Of a stretch of DNA of 64,000 nucleotides, positions 32,713 through 43,655 are shown one piece after another (the first letter of the stretch is position 1; each line of letters begins with the position of its first letter). The DNA comes from Candidatus Cloacimonadales bacterium (lineage in GTDB: Bacteria; Cloacimonadota; Cloacimonadia; Cloacimonadales; JAFGVF01): assembly GCA_963663475.2 (NCBI GenBank), contig CAXXJV010000001.1, positions 1,120,001-1,184,000 on the forward strand, in the 5' to 3' direction. The notes below the pieces were generated by a model. That model was not told the DNA's origin, did no database searches, and saw only the letters and a program-made list of their open reading frames with translations. The position numbers and the translations under genes were made by a program.

Positions 32713-34803
32713 ATGCTAACCAAAGATTTCTTATTTGAATTAAGTGTAGAAGAGATACCAGCAGGCTATATTGCTAATATAGAAAAGAATATTATTGATA
32801 GATTTAAGAGTGAATTAAAAGAGGCTAAACTAAATTATAGTAAGCTCTCTAGTTATACAACACCTAAACGTTTTGCTATTCTAATAAGAGATTTAGATCT
32901 TATGCAGAAGGATGAAACTGTTGAGAAAATGGGACCAGCTACAAGAATTGCTTATAATGAAGACGGTTCTTTAAGCAAAGCTGGAGCAGGTTTTCTTAGA
33001 GGTGCTGGCTGTAGTCCTGAGGAATCGTATGTTAAAGAAACTGCTAAAGGCCAGTATATTGCCTGTAAAAAAGAGATAAAAGGACAGTCTGTTGCTGATA
33101 TTATTACAGGCTTCTTACCAGATTTATTAAAAAATATGCCATCACCTAAATCAATGAGGTGGGGTGAAAGCAAAATTCACTTTGCTAGACCAATTAGAAA
33201 TATTATCTTAATGCTAGATTCTGAAGTTATTCCTTTCACTTTCAATAATCTTAAGTCAAATAATATTGTAGTAGGTAATCGCTATATTGATATTGATATT
33301 TGTAAGAATATAGGTCATCCTCTAGACTACCTACAAGTCCTTGAATCAATTTCGGTAATTGCAGATAGACAAAAAAGAATATCTTTAATCAAAGACCAGT
33401 TAGCTGATCTCTATGCAGATAGTGATAAGGAGATAATTGAAGACAATAGGCTATTAGAACTAGTTGTGGATTTAGTTGAATATCCAACTGCAGTAATAGG
33501 TAATTTTGAAGATAAGTACTTGACTTTACCTGATAAGATTATCACTTCAACAATTAGTCAGAATCAGAAATATTTTTCAGTAGTTAATAGTGATGGAAGC
33601 CTGAGTAACGAATTTGTCTTTATTTCAAATGGCAATCCTCAGTATTCAGAGATTATTAGAAAAGGCAATGAAAAGGTAGTTAAGGCAAGGCTTGAAGATG
33701 CAGAGTTTTTCTTTCAAGAAGACACTAAGCATAAATTAGAATCTTATGTAGAAAAACTAAAAGATGTTACTTTCCAAGCTGATTTAGGCTCAACTTATGA
33801 GAAGGTGCAAAGATGTTTAGAAATTGCTAATTATTTAGTTGACCAGCTAAAACTTGCCAATAAAGAGGATATTTTACGAACAGTCCTCCTAACTAAAGCA
33901 GATTTAGTAACTTTAATGTTAGGTGAAAAAGAGTTTACTAAATTGCAAGGTTATATAGGTATGAAGTATGCACTTCTTTCTGGAGAGAAAGAAGAAGTTG
34001 CTTTAGGAATCTATGAGCATTATATGCCACGTGGTCAGAATGATGGATTACCAACTAGCGTGAATGGGGCAGTAGCTGCTATTGTAGATAAACTAGATAC
34101 AGTTTGTGGAATTATTGGTGTTGATTTGATTCCAACAGGCTCAAATGATCCATTTGCACTCAGAAGAGCTGCTAATGGAATAGTTAAGATTTTAGATGAT
34201 AGAGATTGGAAAATAGATATTTTTGCTCTAATAGATTTTGCTTTTACTCAGCTAGAAAGCAAGTTAAAAGAAAAAGGACATAATAAAGACTTTGTTTATA
34301 GTTTCTTCCAGCAAAGAATTAAATGGTTGTTAGAAGAAGAAAAGATAGCTTATGATGTTATTGATAGTGTTATTGACTATGATTTTACAGATATTGCTGA
34401 AATAAAAAAACGAGCTTTGGCTATTCAAAACTTCAAAGGATCTGCTGATTTTGAAGGCTTAGTCTTGGGATATAAAAGAGTTTCTAATATCCTAACTAAA
34501 GAAAAAATTATATCAGATCTTAATCCAGCTCTCTTTGATGACCAGAATGAAAAAGACCTCTATGCTTATTTTGCAAGCAATGAAGCTGATATTTCAGATA
34601 ATTTGGCTAATCAAAACTATACACAAGCTATGCAAATCTTAGTTTCAGCTCGTTCTCTTATAGATAATTTCTTTGATAATGTCATGGTGAATGTAGAGGA
34701 TCATGTCATTAAGCAAAATCGCTTAAATCTCCTATCCTTTATCAGAAATGTATTTATCAAGATAGCTGATTTAGATAAGATCGTGGTGGAAACAAAAAAG
34801 TAA
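32713..34803 (+). CDS. glyS: Glycine-tRNA ligase beta subunit
   Basis: EEIP, TPKR, SMRWG, FARPIR, LQG, DPFALRRAA, NRLNLL. Confidence 0.97.
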   Translation: MLTKDFLFELSVEEIPAGYIANIEKNIIDRFKSELKEAKLNYSKLSSYTTPKRFAILIRDLDLMQKDETVEKMGPATRIAYNEDGSLSKAGAGFLRGAGCSPEESYVKETAKGQYIACKKEIKGQSVADIITGFLPDLLKNMPSPKSMRWGESKIHFARPIRNIILMLDSEVIPFTFNNLKSNNIVVGNRYIDIDICKNIGHPLDYLQVLESISVIADRQKRISLIKDQLADLYADSDKEIIEDNRLLELVVDLVEYPTAVIGNFEDKYLTLPDKIITSTISQNQKYFSVVNSDGSLSNEFVFISNGNPQYSEIIRKGNEKVVKARLEDAEFFFQEDTKHKLESYVEKLKDVTFQADLGSTYEKVQRCLEIANYLVDQLKLANKEDILRTVLLTKADLVTLMLGEKEFTKLQGYIGMKYALLSGEKEEVALGIYEHYMPRGQNDGLPTSVNGAVAAIVDKLDTVCGIIGVDLIPTGSNDPFALRRAANGIVKILDDRDWKIDIFALIDFAFTQLESKLKEKGHNKDFVYSFFQQRIKWLLEEEKIAYDVIDSVIDYDFTDIAEIKKRALAIQNFKGSADFEGLVLGYKRVSNILTKEKIISDLNPALFDDQNEKDLYAYFASNEADISDNLANQNYTQAMQILVSARSLIDNFFDNVMVNVEDHVIKQNRLNLLSFIRNVFIKIADLDKIVVETKK

Positions 34804-34809
34804 AATCCC

Positions 34810-34911
34810 AGGGACTGGCAACATCCTTTTCGCCAGGTGGAAGCAAGGATGCTTCCTCTCCATATTTGGCGGGGTGGTCTCTTTAAATAAGCCTATGCAA
34901 TACGCACCTAC
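34810..34911. repeat. REP-like cluster
   Basis: TGGAAGCAAGGATGCTTCCTCTCCATA (25/27 match to the reverse complement of 20525-20551) and GCAATACGCACCTAC. Confidence 0.65.
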
Positions 34912-34964
34912 TTAGGCTTACAGAAAGATAATTAGAAAATAAAAAAAATAAATAGGAGTTTGGA

Positions 34965-35954
34965 ATGGATATTATTAACCAATTCAAATTAAAAGCTCAA
35001 AAGGTAAATGGTTCTATTGTTTTACCTGAAGCTATGGATGAAAGAACCCTTGAAGCAACAGAAACAATTCTCAAAGAGAAGATGGCAAAAGTTGTTCTTA
35101 TCGGTAAACAAGCTGATGTCGAAGCACGTGCTAAAGAAACAGGTTTTGATATAAGTGGTGCAACAATATGGAACCCAGATGATTGCCCTAATATTGATGA
35201 ATACACTGACTTTTTCTATGAAAAGAGAAAGAAAAAAGGGATTAGTCGTGAAGATGCTGCTAAAACAGTTAGAAATCCTCTTTTCTTTGGTGCTCTACTA
35301 GTTAAATTTGGCAAAGTAAATGGAATGGTTGCTGGTGCTGTTAATACAACTGGCGATGTTCTTAAAGCTGCTCTGCAAGTTGTAGGTGTTAAAGCTGGTC
35401 TGGCTACAGTATCATCAAGCTTTATTATGGTAACTCCAGATTTTCAAGGCCAAGATAGAGTATTCCTCTTTGGTGACTGTGCTGTAGTACCAAATCCAAC
35501 TGCTGAACAATTAGCTGATATCGCTATTTCAACAGCTGAAACTAGAGCTTCTCTTATTGGGGATGATCCCAAAGTGGCCTTGCTTTCTTTCTCTACTAAA
35601 GGCTCTGCAAAGCATGAACTTGTTGATAAGGTAACTTCTGCAGTAGAAATTATCAAAAGTAGAAATGTTAATTTTGACTTTGATGGAGAATTACAAGCTG
35701 ATGCTGCTATTATTTCAGCAATAGGTGAGAAAAAAGCTCCTGGAAGTCATGTTGCAGGAAATGCTAATGTTCTAATTTTCCCAGACTTACAAGCAGGTAA
35801 TATCGGCTATAAATTAGTTCAAAGGTTTGCCAAAGCAGATGCAATTGGTCCTGTAATTCAAGGATTAGCTGCTCCAATTTGTGATTTATCTCGTGGTTGC
35901 TCTGCTGAAGATATAGTAAACACTACTGCTCTAGTACTCTTAATGTCAAAATAG
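34965..35954 (+). CDS. pta: Phosphate acetyltransferase
   Basis: IVLPE, DCAVVPNP, FSTKGS, DGELQADAA, GNIGYK, DLSRGC. Confidence 0.96.
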   Translation: MDIINQFKLKAQKVNGSIVLPEAMDERTLEATETILKEKMAKVVLIGKQADVEARAKETGFDISGATIWNPDDCPNIDEYTDFFYEKRKKKGISREDAAKTVRNPLFFGALLVKFGKVNGMVAGAVNTTGDVLKAALQVVGVKAGLATVSSSFIMVTPDFQGQDRVFLFGDCAVVPNPTAEQLADIAISTAETRASLIGDDPKVALLSFSTKGSAKHELVDKVTSAVEIIKSRNVNFDFDGELQADAAIISAIGEKKAPGSHVAGNANVLIFPDLQAGNIGYKLVQRFAKADAIGPVIQGLAAPICDLSRGCSAEDIVNTTALVLLMSK

Positions 35955-35963
35955 GAGGAGATC

Positions 35964-37163
35964 ATGATAAAACTTTCCAACAAAGCAAGAGCAATTAAAC
36001 CTTCTCCAACTCTAGCTGTGATGTCAAAGGCTAAAGCCTACATAGCTAAAGGTATAGATGTGATAAACTTTGGTGTAGGTGAACCAGACTTCAACACACC
36101 TGAATATATTAAAGATGCTGGTATAAAAGCTATTCAAGAAAACTTTACTCGCTATACACCAACCCCTGGTATTCTTCCTCTAAGAGAAGCAATTGCTAAA
36201 AAGTTTAAAGTAGAAAATGGCTTAGACTATGATCCTAACCAAATCTTAGTCTCTCCAGGAGCAAAAGCATCAATAGTCTTTATTCTCATGGCTGTCTGTG
36301 ATGCTGGTGACCAAGTCATTATCCCTTCCCCTTATTGGGTAAGCTATCCTGACCAAGTGGATATTGCTGGGGGTAAAACTCTCCTTCTTGAAACTAAGGA
36401 AGAGGATAATTACAAAATCAATCCAGAAGACCTTAAAGTCTTAATTGCTGATAATCCAAACGTAAAAGCACTAATGCTAAATAACCCCAATAACCCAACT
36501 GGAGCAATTTATTCCCAAGCAGAACTCCTTCTTATTGGCCAAATTTGCCTTGAGAATAATATTTTGATTATTGCTGATGAAATATATGAAAAATTAGTCT
36601 ATGATAATGCTAAACATTATTCTATTGCAGCCCTTAAACCTGAGTTTAAAGATATTACTGTAATAATTAATGGTGTTTCTAAAGCTTATGCAATGACTGG
36701 TTGGAGACTGGGATATAGTGCAGGTCCTAAGTATATCATTGATGCTGCAAGTTCTTTGCAGGGACATATTACTTCAAATACAAACTCTCTTACTCAAAAA
36801 GCTGCTATTGCTGCTCTAGTGCAAGATGATGGATCTATTGAAAAAATGAGACAAGAATTTGAAGAGAGAAAGGCCTTTATGTATGCTGAACTTAACAAAA
36901 TTTCTAATGTTACTACTACAGCTCCACAGGGTGCCTTCTATATCATGGTTAATATTGATTATTACTTAAAACATAATACTCAAGGACTTAAAAATGATGT
37001 AGATTTATGTAGCTACTTACTAGAAGAAGCTAAAATTGCTATAGTACCTGGTTCTGCCTTTGGTAATGATAAATTAGTAAGATTCTCCTACGCTAATAGT
37101 ATGGATAACCTCCGTGAAGGTGTGAAGAGATTCGCTCAAGGATTAGAAAAATTGATAAAATAA
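35964..37163 (+). CDS. PLP-dependent aminotransferase class I (aspartate aminotransferase-like)
   Basis: GEPDF, PNNPTG, DEIY, SKAYAMTGWRLG. Confidence 0.93.
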   Translation: MIKLSNKARAIKPSPTLAVMSKAKAYIAKGIDVINFGVGEPDFNTPEYIKDAGIKAIQENFTRYTPTPGILPLREAIAKKFKVENGLDYDPNQILVSPGAKASIVFILMAVCDAGDQVIIPSPYWVSYPDQVDIAGGKTLLLETKEEDNYKINPEDLKVLIADNPNVKALMLNNPNNPTGAIYSQAELLLIGQICLENNILIIADEIYEKLVYDNAKHYSIAALKPEFKDITVIINGVSKAYAMTGWRLGYSAGPKYIIDAASSLQGHITSNTNSLTQKAAIAALVQDDGSIEKMRQEFEERKAFMYAELNKISNVTTTAPQGAFYIMVNIDYYLKHNTQGLKNDVDLCSYLLEEAKIAIVPGSAFGNDKLVRFSYANSMDNLREGVKRFAQGLEKLIK

Positions 37164-37170
37164 AATAAGA

Positions 37171-37206
37171 AGAATCGGGTTACTTAAGTAACCTGATTCT
37201 CTTTTT
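37171..37206 (+). terminator. Intrinsic terminator
   Basis: AGAATCGGGTTAC-ttaa-GTAACCTGATTCT followed by a T run. Confidence 0.8.
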
Positions 37207-37274
37207 ACCCAAATAATGCAGTAGATCTTTAAGAATATACAGTCTTCTCTAAAGGTCAACTACACCATGCGGTT
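37207..37274. repeat. MITE family A, short hairpin form
   Basis: ACCCAAATAATGCAGTAGATCTTT...AAAGGTCAACTACACCATGCGGTT. Confidence 0.7.
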
Positions 37275-37303
37275 TAACGAATATTTAAGTAAGGAAAATT
37301 AAT

Positions 37304-37504
37304 ATGGATCAACTGAAAGATAAGATTTTAGAAGCAAGAAAAGAAAGAAGAGAAAAGGCATCAAAAGGCTGGTCTCGACTATTCTATATGATTGTACTTC
37401 TTCTCTTAATTATCATTCTTCTCTACAAAACAAACACGAGTAAGTTTGATGTGTTCTGGAATGTTTTTCAAGGTGATCAAACTGAACAAATTCAGGAGAA
37501 ATAG
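37304..37504 (+). CDS. Small single-TM membrane protein
   Basis: AAGGA RBS, one hydrophobic helix, abuts the next gene. Confidence 0.7.
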   Translation: MDQLKDKILEARKERREKASKGWSRLFYMIVLLLLIIILLYKTNTSKFDVFWNVFQGDQTEQIQEK

Positions 37505-38401
37505 ATGAGTTTAGTAGTTATCGGGTCTATTGCCTTAGATACAATTAAAACTCCTGCAGGACAAGTTGAAGATGTGCTGGGTGGATCAGCAATTTATGCT
37601 TCTCTCGCAGGAAAATACTTCACAGATGTCTCAATTGTAGGTGTGATAGGGGAAGATTTCCCCCAAGATCACCTTGACTTATTAAACAAAAAAGAAATTA
37701 ATATTGAAGGACTAGTAAAAGTTCCAGGAAAAACTTTCCGCTGGAAAGGAGAGTATCTCAATCTAAATCAAGCTACAACTTTAGATACACAATTAAATGT
37801 TTTTGCAGAATTTAAGCCCATTCTTACCCAAGATTGTAAGAAAAATAATGTTACACTCTTAGGTAATATTCATCCTGCTCTGCAACTAGAAGTTCTAGAA
37901 CAAATCGAATGTTCTGATTTGATCGCTATGGATACTATGAATCTCTGGATTGATATGACCAAAACAGAACTAACAAAGGTAATTAAAAAAGTAGATTTAA
38001 TCTTTATTAATGAAGATGAAATAAAAATGTATGCAGAGAAAAGTAACGTTTTTGAAGCTATAGAACTTATTCTTGATTTAGGTGTTAAGTATGTAGTTGT
38101 TAAACGTGGCGAGTATGGAGCTATTGTGGCTAGCAGACAAGAACTGTTCTTTGTTCCTGTATATCCTGTTAGAAAAGTAGTTGATCCTACTGGAGCTGGC
38201 GATTCTTTTGCTGGTGGCTTTACAGGCTATTTAGCAAAAGTTAAAAAATATGATTTTGAAACTATCAAACAAGCCACTATCTATGGAACAATTACTGCCG
38301 CTAATAATATTCAGTCTTTTAGTGTAGAAAATTTACAGCAATTAACTAATACAGATATCGAAAAAATGAGTGCAGAACTCAAACAATGGATAAAAATTTA
38401 A
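37505..38401 (+). CDS. PfkB-family carbohydrate/nucleoside kinase
   Basis: LGGSA, VKRGEYG, DPTGAGDSFAGG. Confidence 0.92.
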   Translation: MSLVVIGSIALDTIKTPAGQVEDVLGGSAIYASLAGKYFTDVSIVGVIGEDFPQDHLDLLNKKEINIEGLVKVPGKTFRWKGEYLNLNQATTLDTQLNVFAEFKPILTQDCKKNNVTLLGNIHPALQLEVLEQIECSDLIAMDTMNLWIDMTKTELTKVIKKVDLIFINEDEIKMYAEKSNVFEAIELILDLGVKYVVVKRGEYGAIVASRQELFFVPVYPVRKVVDPTGAGDSFAGGFTGYLAKVKKYDFETIKQATIYGTITAANNIQSFSVENLQQLTNTDIEKMSAELKQWIKI

Positions 38402-38425
38402 AATTATTATATAAAAGAGGATACT

Positions 38426-39442
38426 ATGGATTATAAAAGTGCTGGTGTCGATATTAAAGCTGGTGAAGATTCAGTAAACAGAATTAAACCTCTTGTAAAA
38501 GAAACCTTTAATAAGAATGTTCTATCTCAGATTGGTGGCTTTGGGGGTCTTTATCAAGTAGATCTTTCTACCTGGAAAGAACCTGTCTTAGTCTCATCTG
38601 CTGACGGAGTAGGAACTAAACTGGTCATTGCTAATATGGCAGGTGTTTATAATACAGTTGGACAAGATCTTGTTAATCATTGCGTGAATGATATCTTTGT
38701 CCAAGGTGCAATTCCGCAATACTTCTTAGACTACGTAGGAGTTGGTAAACTAAATCCCAAAGTTATGGAAGAAATTATTTGGGGTTTTGCTAAAGCTTGT
38801 AAAGAAAATGAAATGGCTCTTATTGGTGGAGAAATGGCTGAAATGCCAGGAATCTATGCTGAAGATGACTTTGATTTAGCTGGAACTATTGTGGGTATGG
38901 TGGAAAAAAAGAATATTATTACTGGAGATAAGATTCAAAAAGGCGACCTTATCCTAGGTCTACCTTCTACTGGCCTGCATACTAATGGTTACTCTCTAGC
39001 TAGAAAAATTCTCTTTGAAAAGATGAATTTAAAAGTTGATTCCCTCCTTCCACAAGTAAATGAAAGCCTTGCTGATGCTATGTTGAAAATTCATAAATCT
39101 TATCTACCTATCTTAAAAGAATGGGCTAAACCAGATTTGATTCATGGCATGGCTCATATAACAGGCGGGGGAATTCCTGGTAACCTATCAAGAGTTATTC
39201 CTGATAATATGACTGCTGAAATTAATTGCAAAGCTTGGGATATTCCTGCTATCTTCCAGCTCTTAGTTGAAAATGGAAATATTGCCCAAGACGAAAGTTA
39301 TCGTGCTTTCAATATGGGAATTGGAATGATAGTAGTTGTTGCCCCTGACCTTGCCCAGACTATTAAAGAAAAAACTTCTGCTATTGAAATTGGCTATATT
39401 AATGAGAGAGTTGCTGATCTTAAAGTTAGGATGAACTACTAA
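38426..39442 (+). CDS. purM: Phosphoribosylaminoimidazole synthetase
   Basis: YKSAGVDI, DGVGTK, GGEMAEMPG, GLHTNGYS, HITGGG. Confidence 0.96.
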   Translation: MDYKSAGVDIKAGEDSVNRIKPLVKETFNKNVLSQIGGFGGLYQVDLSTWKEPVLVSSADGVGTKLVIANMAGVYNTVGQDLVNHCVNDIFVQGAIPQYFLDYVGVGKLNPKVMEEIIWGFAKACKENEMALIGGEMAEMPGIYAEDDFDLAGTIVGMVEKKNIITGDKIQKGDLILGLPSTGLHTNGYSLARKILFEKMNLKVDSLLPQVNESLADAMLKIHKSYLPILKEWAKPDLIHGMAHITGGGIPGNLSRVIPDNMTAEINCKAWDIPAIFQLLVENGNIAQDESYRAFNMGIGMIVVVAPDLAQTIKEKTSAIEIGYINERVADLKVRMNY

Positions 39443-40263
39443 TGAAATGGAGAATACTTACCCAGGGCAAGCTAAGTCCAGCTGAAAATATGGCTATTGA
39501 TGATGCGATTTTCCAGCTTGTCCAAGAAGGTAAATCTACTCCCTTAATTAGATTCTACGACTGGAATCCACCAACCCTATCTCTAGGTTATCATCAAAAT
39601 GCTGAAAAAGAAGTTGATTTTACGAAACTTAAAGAAATTGCTTATGGCTTTGTTAGAAGACCAACTGGTGGAAGACTAGTTCTCCATAAAAATGAAGTTA
39701 CCTACTCAGTGATTGCTCCTAATGATGAACATCTGGCAGGCAATGTTCTTAAAAGCTATGGAGACATTAGCTTAGCCTTAGCTGAAGGTTTAAAACTTCT
39801 GGGTATTCAGGTTGAATTTGAACAAAAAGAACTATCTTCTTTTTCACAAAGAGAACCAGTAAACCCTTGTTTTAATTCTTCTTCTAAATATGAGCTAGCT
39901 GTCCAAGGTAAAAAGATTGTTGGCTCTGCTCAGGTGAGAAAGAATGGGGTCTTACTCCAACATGGATCTATCATTCTCGATGAAAATCAAAGGGAAATAG
40001 CTTATCTTATGCCTGGACTTTCCGATAAGATGCGGGAAAGACTAGCTAAGCTAATGGATAACAAAACTATCTCCATTAATCAAGTTCTGCAAAAAAAGAT
40101 TCCTTACTCCTTAGCTGTAAAAAAATTTTCTCAAGGATTCCAACAAGCATGGCAAAACGATATTTTTGAAGAAATCCAAGATTTAGAAGACTTTGAAAAA
40201 ATTAGAGTAGAAAAATTAATTAAAAAAAAATACTCGACAGATATGTGGAACTTGAGAAAATAG
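39442..40263 (+). CDS. lipM: Lipoate-protein ligase / LipM-like octanoyltransferase
   Basis: NMAID, VRRPTGG, PCF, KKIVGSAQ, LQHGS. Confidence 0.8.
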   Translation: MKWRILTQGKLSPAENMAIDDAIFQLVQEGKSTPLIRFYDWNPPTLSLGYHQNAEKEVDFTKLKEIAYGFVRRPTGGRLVLHKNEVTYSVIAPNDEHLAGNVLKSYGDISLALAEGLKLLGIQVEFEQKELSSFSQREPVNPCFNSSSKYELAVQGKKIVGSAQVRKNGVLLQHGSIILDENQREIAYLMPGLSDKMRERLAKLMDNKTISINQVLQKKIPYSLAVKKFSQGFQQAWQNDIFEEIQDLEDFEKIRVEKLIKKKYSTDMWNLRK

Positions 40264-40552
40264 TAACATGCTGAAAAATATAGAAATATAAATAATTAAG
40301 AAATAATGATATTTTAGTTAAAAAGGAAAGAAATCTATTGAAAGACAAATATTTATATATGCGAAAAGAAATAAGTGTAAAAAAGTTGCAATTACCTGTT
40401 TTTGATGTCAAAAATAAAAATAAATTGACACCATTCTTATTATATAATCTTTTTGTTAAAATAGTATGATAAACTAAAGTATTATGAAATTAGAGAAATA
40501 TTTGATTTTTTTAAAAATAATTTATTGTGATATTAAAAGGGAGGATAACTAA

Positions 40553-43500
40553 ATGCGAAAGACAGCTATATTGATTACTGTCGTTTTAGTGCTTTTTAGT
40601 GTCCAATTATATGCTCAGACTTCTGGTGTATTAAAGGGACAAGTTAGAGATAATAACGGAGAACCATTACCACAGGCTAACGTTGTATTACAGTTAGATG
40701 GTAATAATACTCAATTCGGTACTAGTACTGATGAATTCGGTGAATATATTATTATTAATATCTCACCAGGTGTCTATGACCTCATGGTCTCTGCTACTGG
40801 TTACAGAAGACAATTAATTCAAGGTGTTGAAATTAATGTTAACCAAACCACTAATAGGGATCCTGTGAGATTAGAACCAGGAGATAATTCATTAGAAGCT
40901 ATTACTTTTACTGAGAAACGTAAGGTAATCGATACCGATAGAGTCGGTACTGAAAGATCCATTGATGTAGGGAATATTAGTGATTTATCTGTTTCCAGTG
41001 TTGATGATATTATGGCCCTCCAACCTGGTGTTACTAATGTAGGTGGAGAAATTCGTGTCCGTGGTTCAAGATCTAATGAAGTTAACTTTACCGTTGACGG
41101 TATGTCAGTTTCTGACCCTGTTGATGGTGGTTCTGCTCTTCAAGTTGATACTGATGCTATCGCTGATATGAAGGTTTATACTGGTGCTTTAACTGCTGAA
41201 TTTGGTAATGCTCAATCCGGTATGGTAAATATCGTTACCCGTTCAGGTTACCCTGAATATAGAGGTAAGGTTGAATGGAATACTGATCATCTAGTTGATG
41301 ATGGTAGAAACCAAGACTTACTTAGATTTAACTTCGGTGGACCAGTTCTTGGCTATTTAGGTGCAGAAAACAATCTAAACTCAAGATTTACCTTCTTTAT
41401 TAATGGTGCTGGAACATGGACTGATGGAAGATATGCAGAATACTATGAATCAGACCCTTATGCAGACTTCACTTTTAATGGACTTCCATTAGTTAATGAA
41501 TACCCTGTTTATGATGTTTATAGTGATAGAGATGAAGTTGCAGGTTTCGATTTATCAAGTAGAAACTACAATGACTATAATATTAACTTCAAATCTAAGT
41601 ATCAAATTAATAACAACTCAAATGTTACCTTCGCTGTACGTGGAGACCGCTCAAGTTACAGACCTTTTGATTGGGGCTGGAAATATGCTCTCCAACATTT
41701 TGCTGAAACAGAAACTGAACAAAAGCAGTATGTTTTTACCTATGACCAAAATCTTAGTCAAACTGCTAACCTAAAATTAAAAGCTTCTTACTTCCAAAAA
41801 GATTCTTATGAAGGACCTAAAGGTATTGATAGAGATAGCTTCTTACATTTAGTTGTTTCCTCTGATGAACTTAATAGCGATGATGAATTAAGAAATGATT
41901 ATGTGCAAAGTGTTCTTAATAATGAAGGTATCTTCTTATATAACCACCCAGCTTATGTTTCTATAGATAGCGATACTGATGGTGTTTATGACTATTATAG
42001 CTCATTTAGACCTGCTTCAGAATGGACTTATGAAACTAATGCCTATAGTGAAAACCCTGGTATTCCTGGTTTTAATGCTCCTGGTTCTATATACACTAAC
42101 TTTGTTGATGATAAAACTGTTTCATACAATCTTAGAGGTGATGTAGAATGGGCGATTGATAGAATCAATACTGCTAAGACTGGTTTTGAATTAACTCGTT
42201 ATAGTATTGAAAAAAATCAGCTCCAAAGCTTTACTACTATTTATAATGATAGAAGAAGTAATTACTTAAGATCTATCTTTGATTCTGCTTCTATTCCAGA
42301 AGGTGCTGATTCACTTGCTATTCAAGATATTGTTAATAATAACAATGATGTTGTTGAAATCTTTGGTGACGGCTCAGCTGAAAACCCTTACTTTGTTGTT
42401 TATTCTCCTGAATCATATTATGAAGCATCTAAAGCTTCTTCTGGTACTAGAGATGGTTATAAAGCTGAACCTATTCAAGGTGCTTTCTATTTACAAGATA
42501 AAATGGAATGGCAAGGTATGATCGTTAATGCTGGTTTAAGATTTGACTTCTGGTACATTGGTGAAGACTATGATGTTCTCAACGATGATGGTACTTACAG
42601 AACTGAAAAGTTTGAAGGCAAAGATAAAACTCAGCTAATGGTTTCACCTCGTGTTGGTGTTTCTCACCCTATCTCTGAAAGAGATGTTCTTAGATTTGCT
42701 TATAACTATCAAAACCAGTTGCCTGCTATGAGATATATATTCACTTCTAAAACACCTCAAGATGCTTACACTTCAGATAATGCAATTACTGTTGGTAATG
42801 CTGAACTTGAACCTCAAATTACTATCACTTATGAAGTTGGTCTTCAACACTTAATCAATGAAGATTGGGCTATTGACCTTTCATTATACTATAAAAACTA
42901 CTATAACTATGTATCAACAAGAAAAGTTGTAGACCCTGATGAACCTCAAGTTTTCTGGTATGAATTTATCTCTGAAGACTATGCGTCAGGTAGAGGTATT
43001 GATATTGCTTTAGATAAAGCTTTAACAAACTTCTGGTCTGCAAATATTTCTTATTCATTTGCTTGGGCTGAAGGTAATAACTCTTCAACTGTTATCCAAG
43101 ATGAAAATACAAATCTTCGTGAATTCCCTCTTGATTGGGATATCAGAAACAATCTAAGCTTGAATTTAATGTTTAGAATTGAAAGAGGTGAAGAATTCTT
43201 CATTCCTTTCACAAACTATATTTTACCATTGGATGATTTCTCTACTAGTTTCACTTACACTTACTCTTCTGGAGAACCTTATACTCCTCAAGATCCTGAA
43301 ACTGATAATTTCTTAGATCCTAATAGTGAAAGAAAAGATGCTAGACAAAATACTAGTTTGAAGATTTCTAAAAAAATTAATATTAGTAGAAATTCATTTA
43401 TTAATGTTTTCTTTGATATTGATAACTTATTCAAGTATAGAAATATCAATAATGTATATGCAAAAACTGGTGACCCATTTGACTCAGGTGAAGATTTCTC

Positions 43501-43615
43501 AGTTAATGGCGTAAATATACCAGAAGTTGATTTCATGAATCAACATAGATTTAGTGATCCAGGAAGAGTTTCTCAAGATAGATCATACTCTTTTGGTATC
43601 TCTTATAATTTCTAA
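40553..43615 (+). CDS. TonB-dependent receptor with N-terminal carboxypeptidase-regulatory-like domain
   Basis: Plug LQPGV...VRGSR...VDGMS, AEFGNAQSG; SPRVGVSHP; terminal YNF. Confidence 0.92.
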   Translation: MRKTAILITVVLVLFSVQLYAQTSGVLKGQVRDNNGEPLPQANVVLQLDGNNTQFGTSTDEFGEYIIINISPGVYDLMVSATGYRRQLIQGVEINVNQTTNRDPVRLEPGDNSLEAITFTEKRKVIDTDRVGTERSIDVGNISDLSVSSVDDIMALQPGVTNVGGEIRVRGSRSNEVNFTVDGMSVSDPVDGGSALQVDTDAIADMKVYTGALTAEFGNAQSGMVNIVTRSGYPEYRGKVEWNTDHLVDDGRNQDLLRFNFGGPVLGYLGAENNLNSRFTFFINGAGTWTDGRYAEYYESDPYADFTFNGLPLVNEYPVYDVYSDRDEVAGFDLSSRNYNDYNINFKSKYQINNNSNVTFAVRGDRSSYRPFDWGWKYALQHFAETETEQKQYVFTYDQNLSQTANLKLKASYFQKDSYEGPKGIDRDSFLHLVVSSDELNSDDELRNDYVQSVLNNEGIFLYNHPAYVSIDSDTDGVYDYYSSFRPASEWTYETNAYSENPGIPGFNAPGSIYTNFVDDKTVSYNLRGDVEWAIDRINTAKTGFELTRYSIEKNQLQSFTTIYNDRRSNYLRSIFDSASIPEGADSLAIQDIVNNNNDVVEIFGDGSAENPYFVVYSPESYYEASKASSGTRDGYKAEPIQGAFYLQDKMEWQGMIVNAGLRFDFWYIGEDYDVLNDDGTYRTEKFEGKDKTQLMVSPRVGVSHPISERDVLRFAYNYQNQLPAMRYIFTSKTPQDAYTSDNAITVGNAELEPQITITYEVGLQHLINEDWAIDLSLYYKNYYNYVSTRKVVDPDEPQVFWYEFISEDYASGRGIDIALDKALTNFWSANISYSFAWAEGNNSSTVIQDENTNLREFPLDWDIRNNLSLNLMFRIERGEEFFIPFTNYILPLDDFSTSFTYTYSSGEPYTPQDPETDNFLDPNSERKDARQNTSLKISKKINISRNSFINVFFDIDNLFKYRNINNVYAKTGDPFDSGEDFSVNGVNIPEVDFMNQHRFSDPGRVSQDRSYSFGISYNF

Positions 43616-43655
43616 AATAAATAAAATATAATATAATAATTGGAGGAAATGAAGG